Source: a bacterium | GTDB lineage: Bacteria > JAMCPX01 | DNA: 28,374 nucleotides | Assembly (NCBI GenBank): GCA_037439545.1 | Contig: JBBIVV010000006.1 | Location: 1 to 28,374, forward strand | Reading direction: 5' to 3' | In this document: positions 10,576-19,266 of the stretch, piece by piece | Layout: each line of letters opens with the position of its first letter | Numbering within the stretch: position 1 is the stretch's first letter | Program-made: the position numbers and the translations under genes | The notes under the pieces: generated by a model | Seen by the model: the letters and a program-made list of their open reading frames with translations, nothing else | What the model was told of the DNA's origin: nothing | The model's database searches: none

Positions 10576-10989
10576 TTATGACTGTCCCTTTTTTACCACT
10601 ATAGTGTCGGCAAGAGTATCCCCTATGCGCATACCTTCTAGGTCCGTATAGAGGAAGTAGGTCTCGACTCCAACGACACTCAGACCTATAAATATAAATA
10701 AGAACAGACCGATCACAGGGACAATAAACATGAGTATAGCAAAACCGAACGGTATATTTCTGAGTACGGATTTATGTATGGAACACGGCTTCTGTGTATC
10801 TTTATCTATGGCCTTTATGCCGACAAGGAACTTTCCTATAGACCTGCCCTCCATAAGTCCATCGGCAATAAGACTGTAAACCAAACCCGCCGCAGGGCCT
10901 ACCGGTGAAAGGACACTTGCAAGAATAAGGGCAAACGCCATATCGATAAATTTCGCAGATGCCCTTTCGAGAAAGGTCGCTTTTATCAT
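10576..10989 (-). CDS. RDD-family membrane protein
   Basis: RASAKFID, GRSIGK..GIK, LRN, RIGDTLADTIVV; ATGA overlap with the upstream gene. Confidence 0.9.
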   Translation of the reverse strand: MIKATFLERASAKFIDMAFALILASVLSPVGPAAGLVYSLIADGLMEGRSIGKFLVGIKAIDKDTQKPCSIHKSVLRNIPFGFAILMFIVPVIGLFLFIFIGLSVVGVETYFLYTDLEGMRIGDTLADTIVVKKGQS

Positions 10990-11174
10990 TGGATGCTATC
11001 CATCTTACGGGTAAATACTATAAAAGCCATTGAAGGCCTCTTCTGACTTTCACGCATTGCAAAGGTCATCCTTTCAAATTCCCAGCCTTTTTTACTCCAT
11101 TCATTCAGTACTGCCTCTATCTCGGCATCGGTCACCGTGCTTACCTCGACGACTTTGTACTCTGTTTTATCCAT
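10986..11174 (-). CDS. DUF4177-family small protein
   Basis: EYKVV..IEAVLNEWSKKGWEF..FTR pattern. Confidence 0.8.
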   Translation of the reverse strand: MDKTEYKVVEVSTVTDAEIEAVLNEWSKKGWEFERMTFAMRESQKRPSMAFIVFTRKMDSIQ

Positions 11175-11214
11175 GAAAGTTATCCAATCTGCCCTTTCAT
11201 TAACCTTTCATTTC

Positions 11215-11262
11215 TGAACTCTTGCAAACTTAAACCCTTGAACTCTTCAACTCTTGCACCGA
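11215..11262. repeat. Degenerate 8-bp tandem repeat spanning the ahbD stop
   Basis: TGAACTCT TGCAAACT TAAACCCT TGAACTCT TCAACTCT TGCACCGA. Confidence 0.6.
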
Positions 11263-12336
11263 TGCTGCCGAATCCTTCTCATATCCTTCTGGGACATAGA
11301 TACAGTACGGTTCCTCATCGAGATAATTGCCCGTCTTGTAGTAAGCCCTTGCCCTGCACCCGGCACAGACGACCCTATACTCGCATGCACCGCATTTATC
11401 CTTCAACAGCGCTGGCTCTCTCATGTCCTGAAAAACCTTAGAATGCTCCCATACATCTTCAAAGGTCTGTTTTCTCAAATTACCCGCTGCAACGGGCAGA
11501 TAACCGCACGGCTGGACGATGCCAAGTCTTGAAATAAATGCAACACCGCTGCCTGCAAGACAGCCCCTTGTCATTGCAGCCATACCATGCGTTTCAAAAC
11601 TTAATTTTATACCGTCCTGTTTTGCCCTCTGTCTCATGATTCTGTAATAATGAGGAGCACAGGTTGCTTTGAGCTCAATTTCCTTGTGTGCCCTGTACTG
11701 GTCATACATCCAGTTGAGAACTTCCTCATACTGCTGTGCAGGCAGCATCTCGCTGTCCGCAATCATGACGCCGCAGCCGACAGGCACGAGCATAAAATAA
11801 TGAACTGCATTGGCTTTCATATTCAATGCAAGGTTGAATATATCCCCTACCTGATGCACGTTATGTTTTGCAATGGTGCTGTTAATCTGTATTTCAACGC
11901 CTGCTTTCTGGACGAGCCTGAGCCCGTTCATTGCAGCATCGAACGAGCCGGGGAGTGCTCTAAAACTGTCATGGACATTTGCATCAGCACCATCGATGCT
12001 GATGGCAACCCTCAGAATCCCTGCATTTTTAATCTTCTTTGCGATGTTCTCGTCAATAAGCGTACCGTTTGTTGCAAGCGCAACCCTTAAACCTTTTGAA
12101 ACCGCATGCGATGCGATATCAAAAATGTCTTCTCTGTAGAGCGGTTCGCCGCCTGTCAAAACAAGTATGGGCTTATAAACCTTTGCTATGTCATCGATGA
12201 TTTTGAAAACCTCATCAGTGCCCAGTTCATTCTTCATCTTTTCAGGCATAGCGACTGCCCTGCAGTGAATGCACTTTAAATTGCACTGGGCTGTCAATTC
12301 CCAGAATATCAATCGTGGTACGTGTTTCATTTCCAT
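11230..12336 (-). CDS. ahbD: Radical SAM/SPASM heme b synthase (Fe-coproporphyrin decarboxylase)
   Basis: CNLKCIHC; ELKATCAPHYYRIMRQ; RGCLAG; CxxCxxxxxCxxCRARA SPASM; downstream of hemB. Confidence 0.85.
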   Translation of the reverse strand: MEMKHVPRLIFWELTAQCNLKCIHCRAVAMPEKMKNELGTDEVFKIIDDIAKVYKPILVLTGGEPLYREDIFDIASHAVSKGLRVALATNGTLIDENIAKKIKNAGILRVAISIDGADANVHDSFRALPGSFDAAMNGLRLVQKAGVEIQINSTIAKHNVHQVGDIFNLALNMKANAVHYFMLVPVGCGVMIADSEMLPAQQYEEVLNWMYDQYRAHKEIELKATCAPHYYRIMRQRAKQDGIKLSFETHGMAAMTRGCLAGSGVAFISRLGIVQPCGYLPVAAGNLRKQTFEDVWEHSKVFQDMREPALLKDKCGACEYRVVCAGCRARAYYKTGNYLDEEPYCIYVPEGYEKDSAASVQELKSSRV

Positions 12337-12340
12337 ATCG

Positions 12341-12358
12341 TCATCTTCTTTCTTTCAT
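12341..12358 (-). CDS. Putative leaderless uORF MKERR
   Basis: ATG AAA GAA AGA AGA TGA starts 6 nt after the -10 and ends 4 nt before the ahbD ATG. Confidence 0.4.
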   Translation of the reverse strand: MKERR

Positions 12359-12364
12359 TTTTAA

Positions 12365-12394
12365 ATAATAGCATATAATTTTATATCATTGCAA
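12365..12394 (-). promoter_or_regulatory. sigma70-type promoter upstream of ahbD
   Basis: TTGCAA, 18 bp, extended TG-c-TATTAT; inverted repeat ATATAA-TT-TTATAT inside the spacer. Confidence 0.65.
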
Positions 12395-12417
12395 TCCATA
12401 AAGGCAGGGGGTCACTC

Positions 12418-13401
12418 TCATAGCTGTATCTTGAGCGCCTTTGCCGCCTGCTTCGCAAAATAGGTCAATATCATATCCGCCCCTGCCCTTTTTATAGAGT
12501 AGAGGACCTCCATCATGGCAGATTGCTCATCGAGCCATCCGAGCCTTGCTGCAGCCTTTATCATGGAATACTCGCCGCTGACATTATACGCAGCAACAGG
12601 GAGATTTGTTGCCTGCTTGACCCTGTAAATGACATCGAGATAACTCAATGCCGGTTTTACCATCACTATGTCAGCACCTTCTTCCATGTCTGTGAGAACT
12701 TCGTTTACCGCCTCGCGGGCGTTCCTGTAATCCATCTGATATGAGCGCCTGTCTCCAAATTGCGGTGATGACTCGGCAGCGTCCCGGAATGGGCCATAAA
12801 AGCTGCTCGAATACTTTGCAGCGTAGCTCATAATGGGAATCCCCGTAAAATTATTTTTATCCAATCCTTTTCTTATTGCCTGGACCATGCCGTCCATCAT
12901 GCCCGAAGGTGCAACAATATCGACGCCTGCCTTTGCCTGGGCAACGGCTGTCATGGAAAGATATTCAAGGGTCTTGTCATTGTCCACCTCGCCGCTTTCG
13001 ACAATACCGCAGTGCCCGTGCGAGGTGTATTCGCACATACAAAGGTCGGCAATGACGACAAGGTCTTTGACCTTATTCTTTATTTCCCTGATTGCCTCCT
13101 GCACGATACCGGTTTCACAATAGGCCTCAGAACCAGAAGCATCTTTGATCTTTGGAATTCCAAACAGGATGATTGCCGGTATACCAAGCTCTTTTACTTC
13201 CTGAGCTTCTGCCACAGCATAATCGATGGATTCCTGATGGCACCCGGGCATTGACGGGATCTCTTTCTGAACATGCTTTTCATGGGTCACAAACAAAGGA
13301 TAAATGAAATCATCGGCACTCAAGTGCGTTTCTGCAACAAGGTTACGCATCTGTTTTGACGATCGTATTCTTCTGCCTCTGTGGAGAGGATATACAGCCA
13401 T
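12418..13401 (-). CDS. hemB: Porphobilinogen synthase, Zn-type
   Basis: [53 protein letters not shown]. Confidence 0.98.
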   Translation of the reverse strand: MAVYPLHRGRRIRSSKQMRNLVAETHLSADDFIYPLFVTHEKHVQKEIPSMPGCHQESIDYAVAEAQEVKELGIPAIILFGIPKIKDASGSEAYCETGIVQEAIREIKNKVKDLVVIADLCMCEYTSHGHCGIVESGEVDNDKTLEYLSMTAVAQAKAGVDIVAPSGMMDGMVQAIRKGLDKNNFTGIPIMSYAAKYSSSFYGPFRDAAESSPQFGDRRSYQMDYRNAREAVNEVLTDMEEGADIVMVKPALSYLDVIYRVKQATNLPVAAYNVSGEYSMIKAAARLGWLDEQSAMMEVLYSIKRAGADMILTYFAKQAAKALKIQL

Positions 13402-13434
13402 ACGCTAAACTCCTTTTATAAAATATAATACTTC

Positions 13435-14154
13435 TTACAGGGATTTGTATACATTCCTGAATTTTATGAGCTTCTTAAAATAATAGATTGAATCCGATAC
13501 GATCTTGACTGTCGATTTCTTGGTTCTATTCCTCGCATAAATACACGGTATCTCTTTGATTTTATAACCCGCTTTATACATTCTGGCGCATATCTCCGTG
13601 TCCCAGAACCAGCACTCATCTTCTACCGTATCAATAATATCAATCAGTTTTTTCCTGCTGAAGAATTTAATTCCGGATTCTGTATCGGACAGAGGGAGCC
13701 TTATAAACATTCTCATCAGCAAATTATATCCCCTGCCTGTAAAAAACCGCGGAATTGAATATATACTGAAACGTGATACCCGTTCGCCAAGGGCAGTATC
13801 GTTCCCTTCACGAATTGCACGATAAAAAGAATAGATATAAACCGCATCAATCTCGAGATCCACGTCTATGTAGCCAACGATATCCGCCTCTGCAATCTTA
13901 AATCCGTCTGTAACTGCCCTTCCCCTGCCTGTGTTCTCATTATGGATAATGGACTTGATCTGCATATAAGGATGTTTCTTGATAATATCATTTATTATCT
14001 GCTGCGTATCGTCGGTACTTTTATCGTCTATAAATATTATCTCATAGGTAAAATTGGCAGAGGAAAGCATATCAGTCAATCTGTTGAAACTTTTCTCGAG
14101 GTGCGATGCCTCATTGTAACATGCAAGCACGATGCTCAGTTGCGGTTTATCCAT
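13435..14154 (-). CDS. GT2 glycosyltransferase, DPM1/ArnC-like polyprenyl-phosphate glycosyltransferase
   Basis: LSIVLACYNE, IDDKSTD, NTGRGRAVTDG, DVD, DTESGIK, FWDTEI. Confidence 0.88.
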   Translation of the reverse strand: MDKPQLSIVLACYNEASHLEKSFNRLTDMLSSANFTYEIIFIDDKSTDDTQQIINDIIKKHPYMQIKSIIHNENTGRGRAVTDGFKIAEADIVGYIDVDLEIDAVYIYSFYRAIREGNDTALGERVSRFSIYSIPRFFTGRGYNLLMRMFIRLPLSDTESGIKFFSRKKLIDIIDTVEDECWFWDTEICARMYKAGYKIKEIPCIYARNRTKKSTVKIVSDSIYYFKKLIKFRNVYKSL

Positions 14155-15295
14155 TACATACCCGCCTCACCGCTTGTATCACTCTATTTATATCACGGCC
14201 GCTCATACCTGAAGAAAGCGGGAGCGAAAGCGTTTGATTTGATATCCCCAGGGCATTCGGAAAATCGGAAGGCATAAAGCCGTATCGTTCCTTATAGTAG
14301 GAATGCAGGTGAAGGGATATGAAATGGATTCCCGTACCAATACCCATAGCAGCGAGCCTTTTGATGAACGTTTCCCTGTCAATACCGGTTTTTTTCTTAT
14401 CGACCATTATGGTATAAAGATGCAGTGCATGGTGATAATCGCTGCTTTCCCCCCCGGGCAGGCCGACACCTAATCCTTTGAACGCCGCGTTGTAACGATC
14501 CCATATATATTTTCTCCGTGCAAATCTCGCCGCATAATTCTTTATCTGGGACAGTGCGATAGTAGAAAGCAGGTCCGGTATTTCAAAATTATAACCCGGT
14601 AAGATCGTATCATAGGGCATAGTGTTGTTTTTTTTCGTAAACCTCGACCACGCTGTTTTTGTTATACCGTACGCTCTGAACAGCTTGATCTTTTCAGCAA
14701 TTTTCCCATTATTTGTCGTCACGACACCGCCTTCTGCAGAGGTAATATTCTTTGTCGCATATAAACTGAATACGGTCGCATGACCGATATTACCGATGCT
14801 CTTGCCTCTATACACTGCACCGAATGCGTGTGCAGCATCTTCTATAACTATCAATTTATGCTTCCGTGCTATGTCCATGAGCGCATCCATTGCACAGGGT
14901 CTTCCGTATAAATGTACCGGCAGTACCGCTTTTGTTTTCCGGGTTATGGCCTTCTCTAATTTTGAAACATCGATATTTCCTGACGTATCGGCATCGGCAA
15001 ACCTGACATCAGCGCCCGTGTGGATAATTTCATTGGCGGTTGCAGGAAACGTCATGGGAGATGTTATAACCTCATCACCTTTGCCGATGCCGTATGCAAG
15101 CATGGATAAGAATAACCCCCCGGATCCGCTTGAAACAGCGACCGCATGCCTTGCACCGGTTAATTTTAAAAAAGCATCCTCGAGGAGCTGCGTAACGCCA
15201 CCCATGCCTATCCAGCCGCTTTTTAAAACTTCTGTAACCGCTGTTATATCATTCCGGGTTATATCCGGTTTTCCAAAAATGACCCTATTCTTCAT
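14147..15295 (-). CDS. DegT/DnrJ/EryC1/StrS PLP-dependent sugar aminotransferase (ArnB-like)
   Basis: PVHLYG, EDAAHAFG, FSLYATKNITSAEGG with the PLP lysine, LSLPL. Confidence 0.93.
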   Translation of the reverse strand: MKNRVIFGKPDITRNDITAVTEVLKSGWIGMGGVTQLLEDAFLKLTGARHAVAVSSGSGGLFLSMLAYGIGKGDEVITSPMTFPATANEIIHTGADVRFADADTSGNIDVSKLEKAITRKTKAVLPVHLYGRPCAMDALMDIARKHKLIVIEDAAHAFGAVYRGKSIGNIGHATVFSLYATKNITSAEGGVVTTNNGKIAEKIKLFRAYGITKTAWSRFTKKNNTMPYDTILPGYNFEIPDLLSTIALSQIKNYAARFARRKYIWDRYNAAFKGLGVGLPGGESSDYHHALHLYTIMVDKKKTGIDRETFIKRLAAMGIGTGIHFISLHLHSYYKERYGFMPSDFPNALGISNQTLSLPLSSGMSGRDINRVIQAVRRVCNG

Positions 15296-16982
15296 GAATC
15301 AGATCCTTGAGTTTTTTAATTCTCATATCGAGTCCTTTATCGTTGTATGACGGATGCGGCTCTTTTTTAGCCATTTCGTAAGCATGCAGTGCATTCTTGT
15401 AATCCTTCATCTTTTCATACATCTGCGCTATAATTATGTAATCCGACGACTTCATGTAATCATGTTTTACCATGCGCTCATACACCTCTATTGCATTTTT
15501 ATAATCGCCGTGGTGGACATATACCTGTGCAAGTTCTTTTAAAGAAGGTGCATACTCCGGATAGATACTTAACACATAATCGCTATAATATTTATCCTTT
15601 TCATAATCACCCTCTTTACCGTATGCCTGACCAAGCATCGAATACCCCCATATTGTCTCAGGTATGCCAGGTATGTATGGCCTTGTCTGGATCTCCCTTG
15701 ACCACAGGGTAACACCATCGTACCAGGTAAGATTCAGCATAAACGTCATGATGCCGTATGAGAGGAGTACAGCGGGGAGTATTATTATAAAAATATTTTT
15801 CAATCTTTCCTCGTTTATTTGGAATAACCTTGCAGCGATCAATCCGAATCCGGCAAGAGCTATATACATAAACCGCTCTGCTATCTTGCTCTGTACGCTT
15901 ATGATATTGGACGCCGGCACCATATTCAACAGGATCCACGCAAAACCGAAAAACAATATCTTATCTTTTTTTATATACTTTAAAAACAGGTAAATCATGA
16001 AAACGATGAAAGGTATGGAAATGAGAAACAGCGGCTCAAGCAAGCTCCTGTTAAGTGGTTCTATGTAAACAGCAGCATTGTTCAGAGGGAACAAGAATTT
16101 CACGCTATATATTACGAATAATTCCGGTAAAAACATAAAAAGCCAGCGAGGACCGTAACTTTGCTGAAGTGTTCCGGTCCCGAAGTAGCTTGAATAACTG
16201 TAAAGATTAAGGGTGTACAACGTCATGATAATAACAGGGATGAGAAGATATGAGATATATTTTTTTAGACGCCTCTCGTCTTCGACAATGAACATATATG
16301 CTGCAAGTACCCCGGGAAATGGCAGCGGTGATGCCTTTGACAGGAGAGCTGCTATAAACATTATTGATGACAGGATAAGGAGTGTGTCTCGTGAAAGTAT
16401 TGATCTTACCAGCCCTGTGCCATTTTGATCTGTTTTCTGTTCATTCTCTGCGTTTATCCTGTAAAAATCTACGAAAAAGAGAAATGCGAGCAGGTAAAAC
16501 GTCATTGCCATAAGATCTTTTCTGGCGGATATCCATGACACGACACCTGCGGTCAATGGATGAACGGCAAAGATCAATGCTGCCAGCAGGGATAACATTT
16601 TGTCCTTAAAAAGCCTGAGAAACAAGAGAAAGACGAGCACGGTATTTATAATCTCGAACATTATATTGCTCACATGGTACCCCAGCGGATTTGAACCCCA
16701 TATAGAATAATCGATCATATAGCTCAGGTCACGGACCGGGTAGTATTCGGTAAAATTATCCGTGAAAATGGTATGAGAGTCAAACGCATGGAGTACACTG
16801 CTCAGGGACAGGTGCATGATCCTTGGATTACCCGCAATCATCATCTCATCATCCCAGTTAACAAAATGATCTCTGAGACCGATCCCATGGATTACAACGA
16901 CTGCAAGGATTAAGATAAAGACATATTTTAAATGTTCATGAAAATCCCGGTTATTTTTCATGTGCCTGTATGCGAGCGACAT
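15285..16982 (-). CDS. TMTC-like GT-C multipass glycosyltransferase with C-terminal TPRs
   Basis: FVNWDD after TM1, YYPVRDLSY, GYHVSN, FAVHP..WISARKDL, AERFMY, W...TLW, then TPR helices. Confidence 0.85.
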   Translation of the reverse strand: MSLAYRHMKNNRDFHEHLKYVFILILAVVVIHGIGLRDHFVNWDDEMMIAGNPRIMHLSLSSVLHAFDSHTIFTDNFTEYYPVRDLSYMIDYSIWGSNPLGYHVSNIMFEIINTVLVFLLFLRLFKDKMLSLLAALIFAVHPLTAGVVSWISARKDLMAMTFYLLAFLFFVDFYRINAENEQKTDQNGTGLVRSILSRDTLLILSSIMFIAALLSKASPLPFPGVLAAYMFIVEDERRLKKYISYLLIPVIIMTLYTLNLYSYSSYFGTGTLQQSYGPRWLFMFLPELFVIYSVKFLFPLNNAAVYIEPLNRSLLEPLFLISIPFIVFMIYLFLKYIKKDKILFFGFAWILLNMVPASNIISVQSKIAERFMYIALAGFGLIAARLFQINEERLKNIFIIILPAVLLSYGIMTFMLNLTWYDGVTLWSREIQTRPYIPGIPETIWGYSMLGQAYGKEGDYEKDKYYSDYVLSIYPEYAPSLKELAQVYVHHGDYKNAIEVYERMVKHDYMKSSDYIIIAQMYEKMKDYKNALHAYEMAKKEPHPSYNDKGLDMRIKKLKDLIHEE

Positions 16983-17009
16983 TTATTGTGAAAAATAATA
17001 CCAATCGGT

Positions 17010-17588
17010 TTAATCTTTTATATCCAGCGTATAAATTATTTTTGACTTTTCTCCGGCTACGACGGATTTATCCGGCACATCCTTAACGACGACAGTCCCG
17101 CTGTGCACGACGGCATATTTACCAATCTTTACCCCGGGTATTACCATGCAGCCGCTCAAAACAAAGGTGTAGTCATCAATCGTCAGAGGCATATGCCGAT
17201 CCGGGAAAAACTTCTTCAGCGGATGATCTACATGGCTGCCTTTGAAATGTGTAAACAGCATCGTTCTTAAACCCACCGTCACGTAGTTCCCGATCGTTAA
17301 CGTATCGTATAAATCAAGTAATGCTTCATCGTTTATATAAGAACAATCGCCTATTGTCAGCCCATGGAAGGACGCTTTGTGGTAATTTTTGAACTGGACT
17401 TTCCCGATAAATACATTTTTCCCGATTTTCGCCCCGAGCAACCTGAGATAATAGACCCTTAATTGGGGTAAGGGAATAAAGCCGAAAAAGAATACAGCGA
17501 CGGAATAAAAGACATATTTAAATAAACCTTTAATTCCTACTTGTTTGATTGCGGATAATAATAACGAATCTTTATCTGAATTTTGCAT
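17010..17588 (-). CDS. Left-handed beta-helix (hexapeptide) acyltransferase
   Basis: LRLLGAKIGKNV, LTIGDCSYI, LTIGNYVTVG, PGVKIGKYAVVHSGTVVVKDVP. Confidence 0.9.
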   Translation of the reverse strand: MQNSDKDSLLLSAIKQVGIKGLFKYVFYSVAVFFFGFIPLPQLRVYYLRLLGAKIGKNVFIGKVQFKNYHKASFHGLTIGDCSYINDEALLDLYDTLTIGNYVTVGLRTMLFTHFKGSHVDHPLKKFFPDRHMPLTIDDYTFVLSGCMVIPGVKIGKYAVVHSGTVVVKDVPDKSVVAGEKSKIIYTLDIKD

Positions 17589-17748
17589 TATAAAAATATG
17601 TATATTGATATTATGAAATTATGTCAATAGTATCGAAGAACCAAGCTGTACACATCCTTAATCAAGAAAGTGTACCAACGCACTTTTGCGGTAAACATAC
17701 GGTTCAAAGTTGCATAATGCGGACGGATATAATATACATCACAACACT

Positions 17749-18438
17749 ATGAATGATATACAAATCAATACGGACAAATTAAAAGAGGAAATAGCCGATG
17801 CATGCATCGGAGCAGGGAGGAACATCAATGAGGTCAGACTAATTGCTGTTTCCAAGACCATTGGCATCGACAAAATACAGCAGGCAATCGATGCAGGACT
17901 CGATACATTCGGAGAAAACTATGTTCAGGAGGCAACGGAGAAAATAAATGCACTCCCCTCACCTATCCACTGGCATTTCATCGGGAACATACAGAAGAAC
18001 AAGGTGAAACAAATTGTTCAGTCTTTCGAGCTCATTCATTCTGTCGGCAACAGGGATATTGCCGTTGAGATAGATAAAAGGGCAATGCAAAAAGGATATG
18101 TGCAACCCGTGCTGTTTGAGATCAATGTTGCAGGTGAAGCAACAAAATCGGGGTTCCGTCCCGAGCAGTTTTTCGATGCGCTCCAGCTTCTGAAAACCCT
18201 TAAACACATACGGCCTTCCGGATTAATGACCATGCCCCCGCCTATAGATAACGAAACACAGCTATCGAGGTATTTCTCTGATTTAAGAGGAATGAGGGAT
18301 AAGATTTTATCGCAAGGAGCATTCGGACATTCATTTAAAGAGCTGTCCATGGGCACATCTTCGGATTATAAAATTGCTATAAAAGAAGGCGCAACTATGA
18401 TAAGAATCGGAACAGCACTATTCGGTGCAAGGGGGTAA
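17749..18438 (+). CDS. yggS: PLP homeostasis protein YggS/PLPBP (likely start ATG 17749)
   Basis: LIAVSKT, FGENYVQE, WHFIG, GLMTM, LSMGTSSD, IRIGTALFG; directly upstream of proC. Confidence 0.95.
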   Translation: MNDIQINTDKLKEEIADACIGAGRNINEVRLIAVSKTIGIDKIQQAIDAGLDTFGENYVQEATEKINALPSPIHWHFIGNIQKNKVKQIVQSFELIHSVGNRDIAVEIDKRAMQKGYVQPVLFEINVAGEATKSGFRPEQFFDALQLLKTLKHIRPSGLMTMPPPIDNETQLSRYFSDLRGMRDKILSQGAFGHSFKELSMGTSSDYKIAIKEGATMIRIGTALFGARG

Positions 18439-18440
18439 TT

Positions 18441-19259
18441 ATGGATAAAACAATAAGCTTTATAGGTGCCGGAAAGATGGCAGAGGCGATAATTGCCGGT
18501 TTGCTTGCATCAAAAAAGGCAGCACCTGCGCAGATAATGGTAAGCGATAAGTATGATAAAAGACGTATGGAGGTAGAGGAAACATACAATGTCAAATCTA
18601 CCCCTGATAATGTCATCTGTGCAAAAGAAGGTACTATCGTTTTTCTCAGCATAAAACCTAAAGATATGGCTGGAGTGCTCGAACAGTGCAAATCCATGCT
18701 CAAACAACAGAAACTCATAATTTCCATTGCAGCAGGCATTGAGATAAAATTTATAGAAAAGCTGCTTGATCAGGAAACAAAAATAATAAGGGTAATGCCG
18801 AATATAGCGGCAACAGTCGGAGAATGCATGAGCGTTATTATGAAAAATACCGCAGCAGATGCAACCGATATCAATCTTGTCAAAGAACTGCTTTCAAGTG
18901 TAGGTGATGTCATAGAGATAAGGGACGAAGAAATGTTCCATGCAGTAACAGCTTTGAGCGGATCCGGACCTGCGTATGTGTTCATGTTCCTTGAAGCCCT
19001 TTCGGATGCCGGTGTAAGGATGGGTCTGTCGAGGGAAGTTGCAAGCAAGATTGCCATACAGACTGTTATTGGCGCTGGCAAAATGGCAAGGGGCTCAGAG
19101 CTCTCGTTTGCTACCCTGAAGGAGGCTGTCACCTCACCAGCCGGAACGACTGCAGAGGCTTTGGCAGTACTTGAGTCAAAAGGCGTAAGGTCGGCAGTTA
19201 TAGAGGCTATAAAAGCAGCGACACAGAGATCAAAAGAAATCTCCTTTCAGAATAAATAA
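18441..19259 (+). CDS. proC: Pyrroline-5-carboxylate reductase
   Basis: FIGAGKMA, ISIAAG, RVMPN, SGSGPAY, VTSPAGTT. Confidence 0.97.
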   Translation: MDKTISFIGAGKMAEAIIAGLLASKKAAPAQIMVSDKYDKRRMEVEETYNVKSTPDNVICAKEGTIVFLSIKPKDMAGVLEQCKSMLKQQKLIISIAAGIEIKFIEKLLDQETKIIRVMPNIAATVGECMSVIMKNTAADATDINLVKELLSSVGDVIEIRDEEMFHAVTALSGSGPAYVFMFLEALSDAGVRMGLSREVASKIAIQTVIGAGKMARGSELSFATLKEAVTSPAGTTAEALAVLESKGVRSAVIEAIKAATQRSKEISFQNK

Positions 19260-19266
19260 CTTCTAT

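Noticed and set aside
11230..12336. Radical SAM/SPASM enzyme as a RiPP maturase with the 62-aa ORF as precursor
   Set aside because: Motifs and hemB adjacency fit AhbD; the small ORF looks like a folded DUF4177 protein
17710..17748. N-terminal extension of YggS from TTG 17710
   Set aside because: The TTG coincides with a likely -35 element; ATG 17749 gives a typical YggS length
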